The notes: generated from the sequence alone by a model not told the origin. A DNA stretch of 62,740 nt, filler included, from Choristocarpus tenellus KU-1152 (GCA_964200185.2; 8 parts of 8 records of this genome joined end to end with filler, not necessarily neighbours in it); one strand, 5' to 3'; positions 40,701-53,560 are shown, counted from the first letter of the whole stretch. Made by a program: numbers and translations.

Positions 40701-43700
40701 CTTTCTGGCTGTGAGAGCAGACTTCTATTGGCAACCACGCCATAACATCATTGGTTAAAACAAAAATAGTGCAACTCTTTCCTGGCACATCCACGAATGA
40801 CTTGTTAATTATACCATTAGCCCATACTGTCATCACCTGTCTGGTTGACTTCTACAACCAAAAGAAGTCCCGTTGTTGGGTCCACGAACATCATTGCTGC
40901 ATCATCCCGACATGCAGTGTCACAAACCACATCTAAGCTCTGCACCAGTTAAATGGGGGAATGTTCATCGATAAGTAAAAATACCATAAATATTGAAACT
41001 TAAAGAGATAGGCAGGAAATATTGATCTAAAATTAGTTCGTCCTGTTTAACTAAACATTACTATGTGCCACATGTTGCCATTGGGAACCTTCTGTTCAAC
41101 TCTCTTTTAGCTGCCAATGAGCATTAGAAGACTACCCACTGACAAAGTAGTGCCTTAGTTGCATCGACGGAGTGTTTACCTGCATGCCATTGCATTCACA
41201 TACTCCAAGATTAGTTGTGAGAGTTCCCCCAGCACTCCCGCAACTTGTGTAGCAACCACTGAAAAGAATGTGCAAGGAAACAGCTGTTAGAACACATGCA
41301 CTCCATCGGACAAAGCTAGATAAAACTGTTTGCAACAATCAGTATCAGATCCAGATGGTTGAGCACCAGCAGTGCTGCATTCTGGAGTATTCCATTGAAC
41401 ACGTAAAGTCTCAAATGAACAGCATTGGCAAGGAGTAAAAAAAAAAAACTAACATGGTGTGGGAATACACCTTTGGACAACCCAAGCCATTGGATAACCC
41501 ATGACTGATGTCCTCAGCAAAACAGTTTCACAGTTGATGCTGACCTCAGAAACTACAAAGCCTTGCTTGGTGATATAAGAGAGTTCAATTGTGCATTTAA
41601 ATCCCCTACTTCTCCATCACCCACCTGTCCGAGATGCACTCTCCGTTGGCACCCAGAGCTTCTCCTGTATCGCAGCGGTCATAAACTATGGGTTGACAAT
41701 CCACCTCACCATCCAGGTCAGAAACCAGAGCTCCACTCTCATCATAATATTCATATCCAGTTGCACAAATACACTGACCATCGGATGGCTGGAATACCAA
41801 GAAAGTGGTAATAAGTTGTTAAGCACCCCACCAAATGAACTTGTTTGAGCTTGCCAAGCACTGTACTACACATGGTACATGTTAACTGGTATAGCACACC
41901 AAGGCAAACCAGAATGGGGTGCCTGCAAAGATATATAATATTTCCTTGACATATTGCATAGTACCTGTTCAGGACCTTGGAGTGCCTCCACTATGCAGGC
42001 CCTTACCTTAGAGTGAAATATTGGGTTTCAACTTGCCTGATACACCCTATTGAGACCCAGGCAATTGCACCCATCCGAACCAGCTTGACTGCTTGAGCTT
42101 GATGAGCAGGGAAGGCAGAAAGAAGCTCCATTGTGGTCCTGCAGCACCATCAAAACTCAAGAATTAGTTTTCACATGAAGTTCCCAGAATATGGGATGAA
42201 GATATTTTACCTCTATGTCAAGTACTGACTGAGTATAAAGGACTCATTGGGAAGGGGCACAGGAACATAGAGTGAAAGTATCTTAGAGGGTGCGAGTTTT
42301 GCCCTGTTTGTCCATTTGGGGCTTTGCTTCCCATGTTTTTTTATGACATTTTCCTACTCCAAAATATTTCGGAGTGGGTAAAATATTTTCGTTATGAAAT
42401 GGTGTGTCCAGAATATCGATATTGACACTTCCTAGCAAACACGATAGCCAAAATTAGACCAAAATCGCAACATTGGATTTAGGCCCCCAAATGGACGCGG
42501 CTCTCCCCTCTAAGATACTCTGGCTCATATCCACAAATATTCCCCTCCAGTGGAAATCTTTGCCCAATGCTCCAAAATAAGCTTACCTGGTAGAACCCAT
42601 CGCCACATGCAATGCAGGCACTGGTCTCAAACGACCCCTCTTCAGGGTTGTGACTCCCAGTGGGGCAGGGAATTTCCAAGGATGAACCCTCTGGGCAGAA
42701 GTTTCCAGCCGGACACAAGTAGCCATTGTGCAATGAAGATGAGGTGGGATTCTCTGTTGTGGTACCTCCAAGGCACACATATCCACTTGGGCAGATGGTG
42801 CAGTTCAACCGGGCAGGATCTGCACCGTAAGTGCCAGGTGGACACTATGTGAATGGGAAAAGTAGGCATTGAGCAAGGAGAGAGAAAGTTACAAACACAA
42901 GAGTACTCTGTCATCAATGACGTTAAATTGTGAAAGAGGGGCAGTAAAGCATGCCTCGGTGTCAGTGCTTTATGGTTGAAAAAATAGCAACAGTGAGAAT
43001 AACAACAGTGATAATAACAATGTAGTTTGTAGAATAGAAACCAACATGTTGACCCTTCACCCATCTGTAACGGGTCCAATCCAAGATATACTTCTATACA
43101 TTTTGCGAATCTTTTTCAAACACTGCCAGATATATAGAGTATATTAGGGCAATGAAAAATGGAAAAGGTGCAACACAATCTCATGCCCCTTGTAAGGGAC
43201 ACTTCCTATCTCACCTCGGCACAAGCCTCATTTCTTGTTGACAATGAATTATTTGAGGAGAGACTGCCATACCATCCAAGTGGACAGGAGGTAAATATTT
43301 CCGCTCCTTCAGGGCAATAGGATCCCAGAAAACATGGCGTGGGTTCATGACTCCCAAGGGGGCAATAGTATCCTTGAGGGCAAATGAAGGGACTGCTTGT
43401 CTCTATGGGACAGTAGAAGCCTGGAGGGCATGTTGTTGAGTTTGTTGACCCAGTCTCACAGTATGTGCCTTGGGGACATACCTGTCCACAAGACCCGGGA
43501 TTTGGAAGAGGAAAGAAAAATGACAAAGGGGGGTACATTTATTGCACAAGGAGAATTGTGCTGCAATAATCCAACTTAATCAAAGTGTATGTATACCTTT
43601 TAACAATACTGGAAACATAAAGACAACTGATAACTAAGCAGAAAGAGTCTACTGCTAAGTACTTCATCTGAGCTACAATATTTCTCTATCCAAGTTATAC

Positions 43701-46700
43701 AATGGGGTACATCGAGAGTACATGTAGAAGTACATTCTGGCTATAGTTGGGTTGCTGAAAGAAAGAGAAAAAGCTGTCACATGCACACCTCTGTTGTCGT
43801 AGACCCCTCATCACAGCTAGAGCCCCCAATGCAGGGTTCACAGCTTGAAATAGCTGATGCACCAGTTTCGCTCCGGAAGGTACCGGCTGGACAAGGCACT
43901 GGTTCATCCTCACGTATGAGGCAGAAGCTTCCCGCAGGGCAGGGGTACTGGGTGTAATCACTAGTGCCCTGGAAGAAGGATTTGTCCGCCGTTTTCATGC
44001 GGATCTAGCTCAGATAGAGTTGGTTGGGGAATTAGACTAGTCATATGACCACTGATTGTTGTAGGGGGGAATCTACACGTAATACGGACCTCTCCCAATG
44101 ATTCAATGACAAAATGTCAGGATATTATACTTGAGGAAGTTGAAGGCCTACCTCTCGTGTCAAATTGTCAAGTATCCTCATCCACACCTAATTCAACGAA
44201 GCACTACCTTGTTTTCGGAGGTACAGTGCTTCTCTTTATGTCAAATTAACTCAACCTCATGATCTATGGTAGAATAGTGGTACCAACATACACAACATCG
44301 CAACAACAAAAAAATCTCAAGGCTATGTATTTTCTTCCCAGAATCTTCAATGGAAATGTGGATTAGAAGGAGTATCCAATTATCTGTATATGGTTACGGG
44401 TTGGTCTGAATGTGCCGAACTCAAGACCGTGTGGTACCTACGACTTTCACACTATTTTCTGAATTATTCTTATGATGGGATGATATTCTCTTTCATCCAG
44501 ATTGTCACATCTCTTTCAAATTTACTGTTGGTCCTAACCTCCTCGAAGCAGTAGTACCCAGCTGGGCAAGACAAACAGTCATCTTGATCATCTTGCCCGG
44601 TGATAGAGTTATATGTTCCAATGGGACATGGAACCGGGTCCTCACCCTATAGTTGAGGTTGAAGGGGTTAGGTTTGGGGTGGTTATGGATAGCCTTGGAG
44701 CTTTGGGTCCAAGTATCAGTGCCTCTGAAGGAGAGCATCGAGCATACCTATCCATGAGTTGGCAACAGCTAAGATTTCTTGTCCTACATCAACTGAATCA
44801 CTGTAAGCAAACTTGCGGGTTTACCTCAAGCTTTGCAAAACTTTGCATACCCGTGAACAGTATCCATATATATCATGGCTCATGCGAAGACAATTTCTGT
44901 GACATCATTAAATCTTTAGGAGAGAGAAAGGCAGCCATGGTTAGTAAAGTCAAGTCCTGTGGCAGGTATAAGCGAGCCAAAGTATCTTAGAGGATAGAGC
45001 CGCGTCCATTTGGGGGCTAAAATCCAATGTTGTGATTTTGATGTAGTTTTGGCTACTATGTTTGTTAGGAAGTTTCAATATCTCTGTTCTGAACTCACCT
45101 TTTCATAACGTATACATTTTACCTACTCAAAAATATTTTGGAAAAAATTCTGAGGCAAGCCAAGTCCCAAATGGACAAACAGGGCAAAACTCGTAACCTC
45201 TAAGATACTTTCACTCAGCATGCAGGCCTACTCAAATAACTACCTGAGGACAGTAATATCCCCTTGAGCACTCATCCGGCACTGCCTCTCCAGGGTAGCA
45301 CACATACCCTGCAGCACATGCCCCACAGTCATCAGCAGAGGTCCCTAGGAGTTCCACCCTAAGATGTGGCATTCACATCAGGCTTTGGTGAGGTGGGACT
45401 GCAAACAACAAATAACTTCCAATGTTTTCCTGAGGTGGAGATGTAAGTGGACCGAAGATAGTGTGCTTCCCTGTGCACGAGTTGTACATCAGTTTCATTA
45501 CCAGCATGGGGAGAATACCCATTCTCGACCTCTACACTAAAGGTCATCTATACCAATTCTACCATAGGTACTTCATCCATATCAATAAATGACTCCCTCC
45601 AAATGCATGTAGTGGTACACAAACAGGACTTTCTGTTAGTCAAAAAGAGCAATCTATGCTGAGTCTGTCCTCACCTTACAGTAGCGTTGGCACACTGGAC
45701 TGGATCCTCTATCCCTGCTGGACAATAGTGTCCAGGGGGGCAAGGGCCGGCATCTAGACCTTCCCAGAACAACTCATACAATGTGTATGAGACATTAGCA
45801 TATTCACTTTTGTGTACAGAAGATTAAAATATAGAAGTTGTACAGGGTTTAGAACAGCAATGGGTAAGTTTTTCTAGAGGTTGACTCAGGACCAGTACCG
45901 AGCTGATATTTCTATATCAACCACACAGTATTGTCGATGTGGTAAGACAGTAAAAAGAGCAGTTCGAGGAATAACACTTGCTGAGGTAGGAGCATCAAGC
46001 AACCTGTTTGGGGTGGGGCTGTCTGCTCCTGTCTTGCAGAAGTAACCCGCCCTACATTCTGACGTCACGTTTCCATCCATGCAGTACTGCCCAGCTGGGC
46101 AAGGGGCACATTCTGAAGCCGAGGTCAGATTCACCTAGGACAATTGATGGAGAAGTTGAGGAAATTATACAAACACCACTGGCACCGTAATGAGACTTAC
46201 AGCTCAGCCTTTTGTTCAATGGAGTACTGAGCTCAAGGCATCGGTGTTGCATTACTAGGAAAGTTACTCATGAGAATGTGGGATATATATCTCTAGTGCA
46301 GTCCACTTGGGTAGTAAAGAATATCTACCTTTCTACCAATCAGCAGTGGACAATCGACTTTCCTACTCCCACTACAGATTGGTTTCAATATATACAACTT
46401 ACGAAAGAAAAGAGTATGACTTACCCTTTTCCCATATGTCCCCGCTGGACAAGGAGTCCCCACAGACGATCCTTCAGGACAGTAGTAGAATTCTGGACAG
46501 TCTTCAGGGAATGTCGAATTTCCGGGGCATACAAGTCCTGGTGGACAGACAGTACAATTTTGCATGGCCTCGGAAGGATTGTAGAAACCAGCGGGGCAAC
46601 CTATTGGGGAGCTGGAGCCCCATGGGCAATAGGTGCCCTGGGGGCATTCGAATCCTGTGGACCCATCAACAGGGCGAGGAGATCCTGCACCCTGGACATT

Positions 46701-49700
46701 ATGACATATTTTCCACGTGAATGTCAGCTCATGTGACACTTTGCGAGACATTATGAAGAAAGATGAGTGGGAAATTGCTCAAGTGTTGAACACATTGGAT
46801 GGCAACCCTTAGCTAGATTGATACCTCAAGTATTGTTTAATGGTTGGACCATGTTGGTATTGGGTTTAGGCAGAATAAATATGTTAAGGCAGAGGGTCTG
46901 GGCTTTGCCGTATTGTTGCAAAGTGCAAAAAATGGATCGAAATCTAGGTAGGAAAATAACCAGATGATCTATCTGTTCCAATGGCGGTATTATGTTGTAC
47001 TGATCAATCCTAGCATGGTCCCCCCTCACCTCCACACAAGCGTAGCCCGGGGCACAGACTCCAGCTACAGATGGATCAGTATCAGAGGGGACAGGGGAAC
47101 TCGCGCCTAGAGCACAATAGAACCCAGCCCCACAGAGACCTTCTGGGGCAACCAGACCCATGCTGCCACAGAACCTGAGTCAGGTATTCCGGTGGTGGGG
47201 TGATCGAAGTGTTTTTTTTCTTGTTTGTCCTTTCTTGAAATAATTTCTGACTTCTTTTCCAAGTTGTTTGACACAACTGCAGTTGGTCTGGATATTGAAG
47301 GCATTGCCATAGGTAATATGCTAGTGGGGAACTGCTTGCAAGTATCTCGTCCTAGCATGATCAGTTGTGAAGGGGGAACTCCTATTTGTGTTACAGAAGA
47401 AGTAGACAGTCCCAGAATTGTAGTCTGTTGTCCTCAATCCCACGAAAAGCGTGGAAGAAAGAAAAGGATAATATAGTGGGAAGCTATATGGTATCAATAT
47501 TAACGACAACTGTATTTCTTACAGTGGTCGTTGTGATACAGGTTTGGCTTCTCCCTGATACATTCGCAAAATATCAGAGGTATAATAATATAAATATGTT
47601 GGGCAGGTCTCAATGAAAAAACTTTTCAGATCAGTATTAGCTACTACTATCACGTATCATACGGATATATTGATCACAATTATACGATATCCTTTGCGTA
47701 ATAATAATTTCTACAGGGGTCGTTTTGATATTGGTTTGGCTTTTTCCTGACACATCTGCAAAATATCAGAGGGCATAAAAATTATATATAATGACGATGG
47801 GTTGCCATTTACTTATAAAGCACATCACCACAATGGTGTGTACACTTAGTCAGTTTATACCAAAGCCATAGTCAACTCCACCTCACCATCCTGAGGGGCA
47901 CAGTTGACATTCCGTACTCTCTGCAAGTCCCGTCTTATTGGAATATGTCCCATTCGGGCATGGGTGTTGTGTTCCAAATTCGGTTCCTTGTGGACAGTAG
48001 TAACCTTCAGGGCATTGGAGAGGTGTAACTGTGCCATTCTCACAGTAGGAGCGTGCAGGGCAATCCTGACAAATGTGCTGCATGGTGTCATTCTGATAGG
48101 TGCCTGCAGGGCAGTCCAGGGGGAAAGCTGAACCAGCTTGGCAGTAATGCCCCACAGGGCAGATGCTGGTGTACAATGCGGGGGGGTGGAGGGAGTCTAG
48201 TCTGATCAGGGTCAGGATACTGAATTGCATCATTTTTCACTACAAGATACAAAGCAGAATGTAATGCTTAGAAGTCTTTGCGAGATCGCAACTAATTCAA
48301 TTGCCCTTACAGACTCTTGAGGGATGTTGAGATGGAGTATCAGGATTAAACGCTTGGTCCAAAGTGGCCACAAACCCAGACAAATGCAATCCCAAAAGAC
48401 TCAAGGTTATCACAACCTTCTTGGATAGTCGTCTCCTCCTGAACAATAGTAGCCTTGCCAGCACTTTTCCGTTACTTCAGTTGCTCCAGTCAACGGGCAG
48501 AAGTGCCCAGGGTCACAAGGTATGCACTGGCTTTCATTTGCCAGTCCGAACGATTCACTAGAAGTTCCAACTGGGCAAGAAAGTGGGAAAGGTGAACCTG
48601 CACAAGTGGCACCAGTCCAGAACAGAATATAAAGGCATGTGATAAGCATGATCTTGGTTCTGTTGAGATCTTATGCATTGCCGTCTATGATTCTGAAATC
48701 GGAGGTTGCAACATTTTGGAGGGAATACACATTACTGCTGCAAATGTGATGCCATGATGGATACAACTTCAAGGATCACTGAGAAACCAGTTATGACTTC
48801 TTTCTTGATCGGCTCCAAACATTGCTTAACAAGAACATTAACCTAGAGTACTCCAGGGCTGGTAGTCCTCCTACTATGGCCCAGACCTGAAGAAGTCCTC
48901 ACCTTTTGGACAGTAGTGACCAGGAGGGCAGACGTCGTTTGTTGTACTGTTAGTACGTTCAGCACATTTATCACCACTGTATCCTACATTCGCGTAGGAA
49001 TCAGGAGACTGAACTGCAGATCCGGCATTACAATAGAATCCAGCTGCACAATCCCCTGACGGATGAGTGAGACCATCTTCAAAGCAGTACGATCCTGGAA
49101 GGGGGTATTGACACAAGTTGGAGGAAGCTGAGACTATTGCAGAGTGTAGGATAATGTGAGCTCATGACACAAAACTTTCACGAACAGAGAGTCAGCATTT
49201 AAGAGGGTAGGACCGTGTCTGTTCGGGATCATAAATATAGGGTTGAAATTTTGATGGATTTTGGCTATCGTGTTTGTTAGCAAGTGTCAATAAGCTTAGA
49301 GTAAAAGTATCTTAGAGGGCACGAGCTTTGCTCTGTTTGTCAGTTTTGGGATTGGCTTCCCATGGGTTTTCTTATGAAATTTTCCTACTCCGAAATGTTT
49401 CGGAGTGGGTAAATTGTGTATGTTATGAAAAGGTGTGTCAGGAACAACGATATTGACACTTCCTAACAAACAGGATAGCCAAAATTACGTCAAAATCGCA
49501 ACATTGGATTGTGACCCCCAAATGGACGCGGCTCTACCCTCTAAGATACTTTGGCTCTTACTTCGGACACGCTTTCATAGTTGTATACATTTTAGGTAAC
49601 TGTGTTCACACAGAAAACCGAAAATGGGCATAAAAAATCCGTGGGAAGTCAAGCCCCAAACAGACAAACAAGACAAAACTTACCCTTTAAAATACTTTGG

Positions 49701-50667
49701 GTCAGAGTCATAGAACAAATATCCAAATTGCCTGCTTCACTCAATACAAGGTATACTTCAAAGTATCTAATGGAAAAATGAAGCCTATAGCACAATGGTC
49801 TTTTTATCTAATATACCTCGAATCATGCAACAAGTAGGTGTGATACGCTTAGTTCGTAGAGCATTGAGGAAGTCATGCTGCTGAGACTAGGCACCTCAAG
49901 GTAGCTGCACGTTTCTTCTATTGATCACTTAAGACCCAAACATTACAATGTAGAGAGCAATACACTATAAAAAAAATCAAGTCGCCACATACCAATAGTC
50001 ATGGGTAGAAACAGAAGTGGAAGAGAAGCAATGGCTGAGGAGGAGGAAGTAGGACAGAATTGAAACCATTGCAAGGGCTAACTTACACTGTACAAGAAAA
50101 AAGGAAATCATTTTTTACCCGGAGAGCAGGTAGTACATCCATCTTTATCGATGAGGTTTGTGATATTGCTGTAGGTGCCATTGGGGCAAAGGTACTGATT
50201 TGCCCACATAGTACCATTCGGACAATAGCTTCCAGCTGGACAGTCCAAGAGACTGACTGCTCCTGATGGACAATAATACCTGGAAGGAGATAGAAGGATA
50301 TGCAAAAATGTGCTATGTGGATAGTTTCCAAGGCTAAGTATTAACAGAGGGAGATGTTCAAAATGGAAAAGGAAACTATTATGTTTTCAACTCTTGGTCG
50401 GATGTTCAGAAATTCCAAATGGGTTGTAAAGGGCAAGGGTAACCACAACTTTGAATAAATTAAATTTTAAGTCATTTTATTTTCAAGCAACAGTGTGTAG
50501 ATACAGTATGTCACCTAGATTGATCCCTACTCACCCCTTCAAACATTCCAGACATGTTCCTTGTCCACTGTTCGGCTGGAATGTTCCAGGCTCGCAGTCT
50601 GAGGGTTCCCATGATAGCTGTGGGCATTCTTGGCCAGCGTCACATTGCAAGGTAGCCTCTATTGTGC
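37708..50667 (-). CDS. Giant cysteine-repeat (GCC2/GCC3, ephrin-receptor-like CPxGxYCP) membrane protein, internal 23 exons
   Basis: Phase-consistent exons: 50667-50535, 50279-50119, 49094-48903, 48597-48417, 48165-47887, 47174-47030, 46691-46425, 46134-46004, 45806-45675, 45358-45244, 44646-44539, 43968-43789, 43481-43215, 42844-42587, 42138-42037, 41788-41625, 41258-41180, 40939-40828, 40271-40025, 39601-39410, 39232-39071, 38432-38286, 37807-37708. Many CPxGxYC repeats, then YPVYDKNSMLNTNNGFDYGEFR, then a hydrophobic segment WSLIIGLLCGLGVIALGVVSSIYYF followed by RTKAW. Confidence 0.9.
42270..42526 (-). mobile_element. MITE family A copy (intronic)
   Basis: GAGTGAAAGTATCTTAGAGGG ... CCCTCTAAGATACTCTGGCTC; TSD ATA/ATA. 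Confidence 0.9.
44974..45216 (+). mobile_element. MITE family A copy (intronic)
   Basis: GAGCCAAAGTATCTTAGAGG ... CCTCTAAGATACTTTCACTC; TSD AGC/AGC. Confidence 0.9.
47545..47785 (+). mobile_element. Two nearby 3'-tip remnants of the CRE-like element
   Basis: ccctgatacattcgcaaaatatcagaggtataataat (~47554) and cctgacacatctgcaaaatatcagagggcataa (~47746). Confidence 0.6.
49189..49703 (+). mobile_element. Older diverged MITE A-like copy interrupted by a younger copy
   Basis: A-like halves 49189-49298 and 49558-49703; TSD AGA/AGA; right end AATACTTTGGGTC. Confidence 0.75.
49299..49557 (-). mobile_element. MITE family A copy (nested)
   Basis: GAGTAAAAGTATCTTAGAGGG ... CCCTCTAAGATACTTTGGCTC; TSD TTA/TTA. 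Confidence 0.9.
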
Positions 50668-51133
50668 CTGAAGAGATATAGATACAGTCAGTGACCACAC
50701 GGGGATAGAGGATGTAACTTGACTCATATTTTAGATACATATACAAAAAGCTTAAACGATTCGAGGCTCTTTGCTAAGCTATCAATAGGGTATGATTCAA
50801 CAGACATTGATTCAATATCCTCCTGTGGGATTCTCTTCATACAATGAGACACAAACCCAGCCTCATATTATGTTGAGTCATATGATGCAATGTTAGTGGC
50901 ATCTGCTTCAAGATATTATGAATGAGAATGTAGGAAACAATTACTGATTTGTTCTACGAATTACGTCAAACTGTCTTGTAGTGTTTTATACTTGTACCAG
51001 CACTCGCAACAATGTACTCATTCTTACACCTGAGTACAACCTGTTCTTGGAGCACAAGAAATCTGAGCAGAGGTGATGAAAAATTCAAACGTAAAATAAA
51101 TCCACGACATGTGTCCACATCAATACTAATTGT

Positions 51134-51171
51134 GTAAAAGTATCTGGGGGGGGGAGGGGGTCTACACCAGG
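51134..51171 (-). mobile_element. MITE B terminus at contig end
   Basis: [38 protein letters not shown] end running into the gap. Confidence 0.8.
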
Positions 51172-51271
51172 NNNNNNNNNNNNNNNNNNNNNNNNNNNNN
51201 NNNNNNNNNNNNNNNTTAATTAATTAANNNNNNNNNNNNNNNNNNNNNNNNNNNNNNNNNNNNNNNNNNNN
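51172..51271. other. Artificial contig linker
   Basis: 44N-TTAATTAATTAA-44N. Confidence 0.98.
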
Positions 51272-51378
51272 TATTGACATTTCCTGACAAACACGATAAC
51301 CAAAATCACATCAAAATATCAACATTGAATTTTGGCCCCCAAATGGACGCAACTCTACCCTCTAAGATACTTTGGCTC
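51272..51378 (-). mobile_element. Partial MITE A at contig start
   Basis: cccaaatggacgcaactctaccctctaagatactttggctc. Confidence 0.85.
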
Positions 51379-52287
51379 TTTCTCATCACCTAACATCGCA
51401 CTGAGTTTCACAAGTTGCTCGTTTTTCCAGCCCCTCTGGACGGAGAAGGTGCCGAGGGTAGGTCCAGAGGGCAGAGTGGCCTCAGCGGCTCTCCTTGTCT
51501 CACCGTCATGGTTCATGTTGTTGTGTAAGTCATGTGTGTGTGTGCTCACAGCCTGAATATAGAAAACATGAAAAATATGAGGGGATAAGATGATGTCCAG
51601 AAATCTTCTTTTTTCTACTTTCTTTTTCAGTTGGGCCGCAACAGTCAAACTTGGGCAGGGACCTACCCAGATCAGTTTTCTGCAAGGAGTTCAGGCAACC
51701 ACTTCATTTTTGTCCGTTTTGAAGTCATGACCTTCAAAATTGCACCGGAGATATTCCGCAGCGATTTTGCCATTATTTTATCGGGACATAGTTCTCCTTC
51801 ACCGAAGTTTCTACATTCCTGCATACAAACCTTGAAAAGCTCTTGTCATAATTTTTCATTTGATATATATCTTGTATATCTGTTGCGGCGATATGGTGAA
51901 AAAGAGCTATATTGCCACAGAGGGCGAAGCTACTGGTACTACTTTACCTGCTAAAATAGAGGGGGACATTTTTGTTTGGATAGGTTTTGTGGAGGACAGT
52001 GTCCGAAGTTTAGTAGCCCAAAGGCATGCTTGCCACCATTAAGGATGCATGTGCTAAAGCTCAACTTGCTTTCTGTAAGATAGTCATTGCTACTTTCAAG
52101 AATCCAATGATTTGAGCACTTGATTGAAGGGTAGAGATGGCACAGGGTGCTCCAGTTCCACGCGTAGGTAAGTATGCCACCTCCATGTCTAGGGCAGGTG
52201 GTATGATCTTCTGTTTAAGTGAAAATTTCCGCACTTTGCCAACGTTTCAAGAAAACTATTGTCTAGTTGCTACCATTCGAAAGTGTT

Positions 52288-52555
52288 CAGTGAAAGTATC
52301 TTAGGGGGTACGATATTTGCCATTTTTGTCCATTTGTGGCTTGGCTTCCTATGGGATCTTTTATGACATTTTCTTACTCCAAATTGTTTAGGAGTCGGTA
52401 AAATGTATATGTTGCTAACAGGTGTGCCCGAAACATGGATATTGACACTTCCTAAAAAAAAATAACAAACACGATAGACAAATTTCATCGAAATCGCAAC
52501 ATTGGATTTTGGCCCCCTAATGGACGCGGCTCTACCCTCTAAGATACTTTGGCTC
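52288..52555 (-). mobile_element. MITE family A copy
   Basis: cagtgaaagtatcttagggg ... ccctctaagatactttggctc. Confidence 0.88.
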
Positions 52556-52617
52556 CTTTCATGCCTTTTTATATGTATTTATATATTGACTGCGAATGAT
52601 AGCCCGCGTGACCCATT

Positions 52618-53560
52618 GGGTCAAAGTATCTGGGGGGGGGGTCCCGGCGTCCGGCTTTGACCTTTTTTTGGAATATTCCATTTTGGAGCAATGTGGTTGC
52701 ACGTGTCGGATTTCCAATGCGGAGAAAAAAAATGTGACTATTGGTTATGGTCCGCTCGATCCTGCGTACGCACGAAGAATGTGAAAATATGCCACCATTT
52801 TTTTGGGGTTGTATGGAGTTTTGACGATTGCATGTGTCGGATGTAGAATGTGTTCAGACAGAGTTATTGGATTGGGGTATGTTGTTCTAGAGTTTGCATG
52901 AAGAATGAAAAATATGCCATGGGTTTGTTTTTGAGTTTGTTTATTGTTTCTTTGGTTCCATGAGTCGGATTTGGTATTACACAAAGAGGGGTGTCAGTCA
53001 GGGTCTGTTCTCACAATATTTGAATGAGGATTTGAAGAAAATACCATCATGGGCTGTTTTGAGGTCATTTTTCGTTTGTTTGCTTGGATGTGTCGGATTT
53101 GATATGTAGACAAGAGCCAATGTATCTTAGAGGGTATAGCTGCGTCCATTTGGGGGTCAAGATCTAGTGTTGTGATTTTGATATAATTTTTGCTATCATG
53201 TTTGCTAGGAAGTGTCAATATTCTTGTTCCAGACGCACCTTTTCATAACGTATGCATTTTACCTATTCCGAAACATTTCAGAGTAGGAAAATGTATTTAA
53301 AAACCTGTGGGAAGCCAAGCCCCAAATGGACAAACAGGGCAAAACTCGTACCCTCTAAGACAATTTCACATTCCAAACAGGGCTGTCGGTTAGTGTTTGT
53401 TGTCTGAGTGTTTGCATGCGGAATCTAGTGTTTCTTTGGGTTATAGCATGTGTCGGATTTTCAATGTGTTTGAACAGGGCTGTTGGTCAGGTTCTGTTGT
53501 GCAATGTTTCGAAGTATTAAATGAAAATATATATCATCCTCTTTTCGGGAGTTGGTTTGT
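52618..53560 (+). repeat. B-type terminus followed by about five diverged ~128-bp tandem units
   Basis: GGGTCAAAGTATCT-polyG at 52618; tg(t/a)gtcggat anchors near 52704, 52833, 52961, 53089 and 53449 (the last interval contains a MITE A). Confidence 0.6.
53114..53373 (+). mobile_element. MITE family A copy inserted in the tandem array
   Basis: GAGCCAATGTATCTTAGAGGG ... CCCTCTAAGACAATTTCACATTC; TSD CAA/CAA. Confidence 0.85.

Noticed and set aside
46212-48561. Long + strand ORFs over the Cys-rich gene
   Set aside because: Antisense shadows of the minus-strand exons.
51389-51552. Candidate isolated minus-strand exon (AVSTHTHDLH...LSAML)
   Set aside because: It has plausible splice sites, but no partner exons or homology could be recognised.
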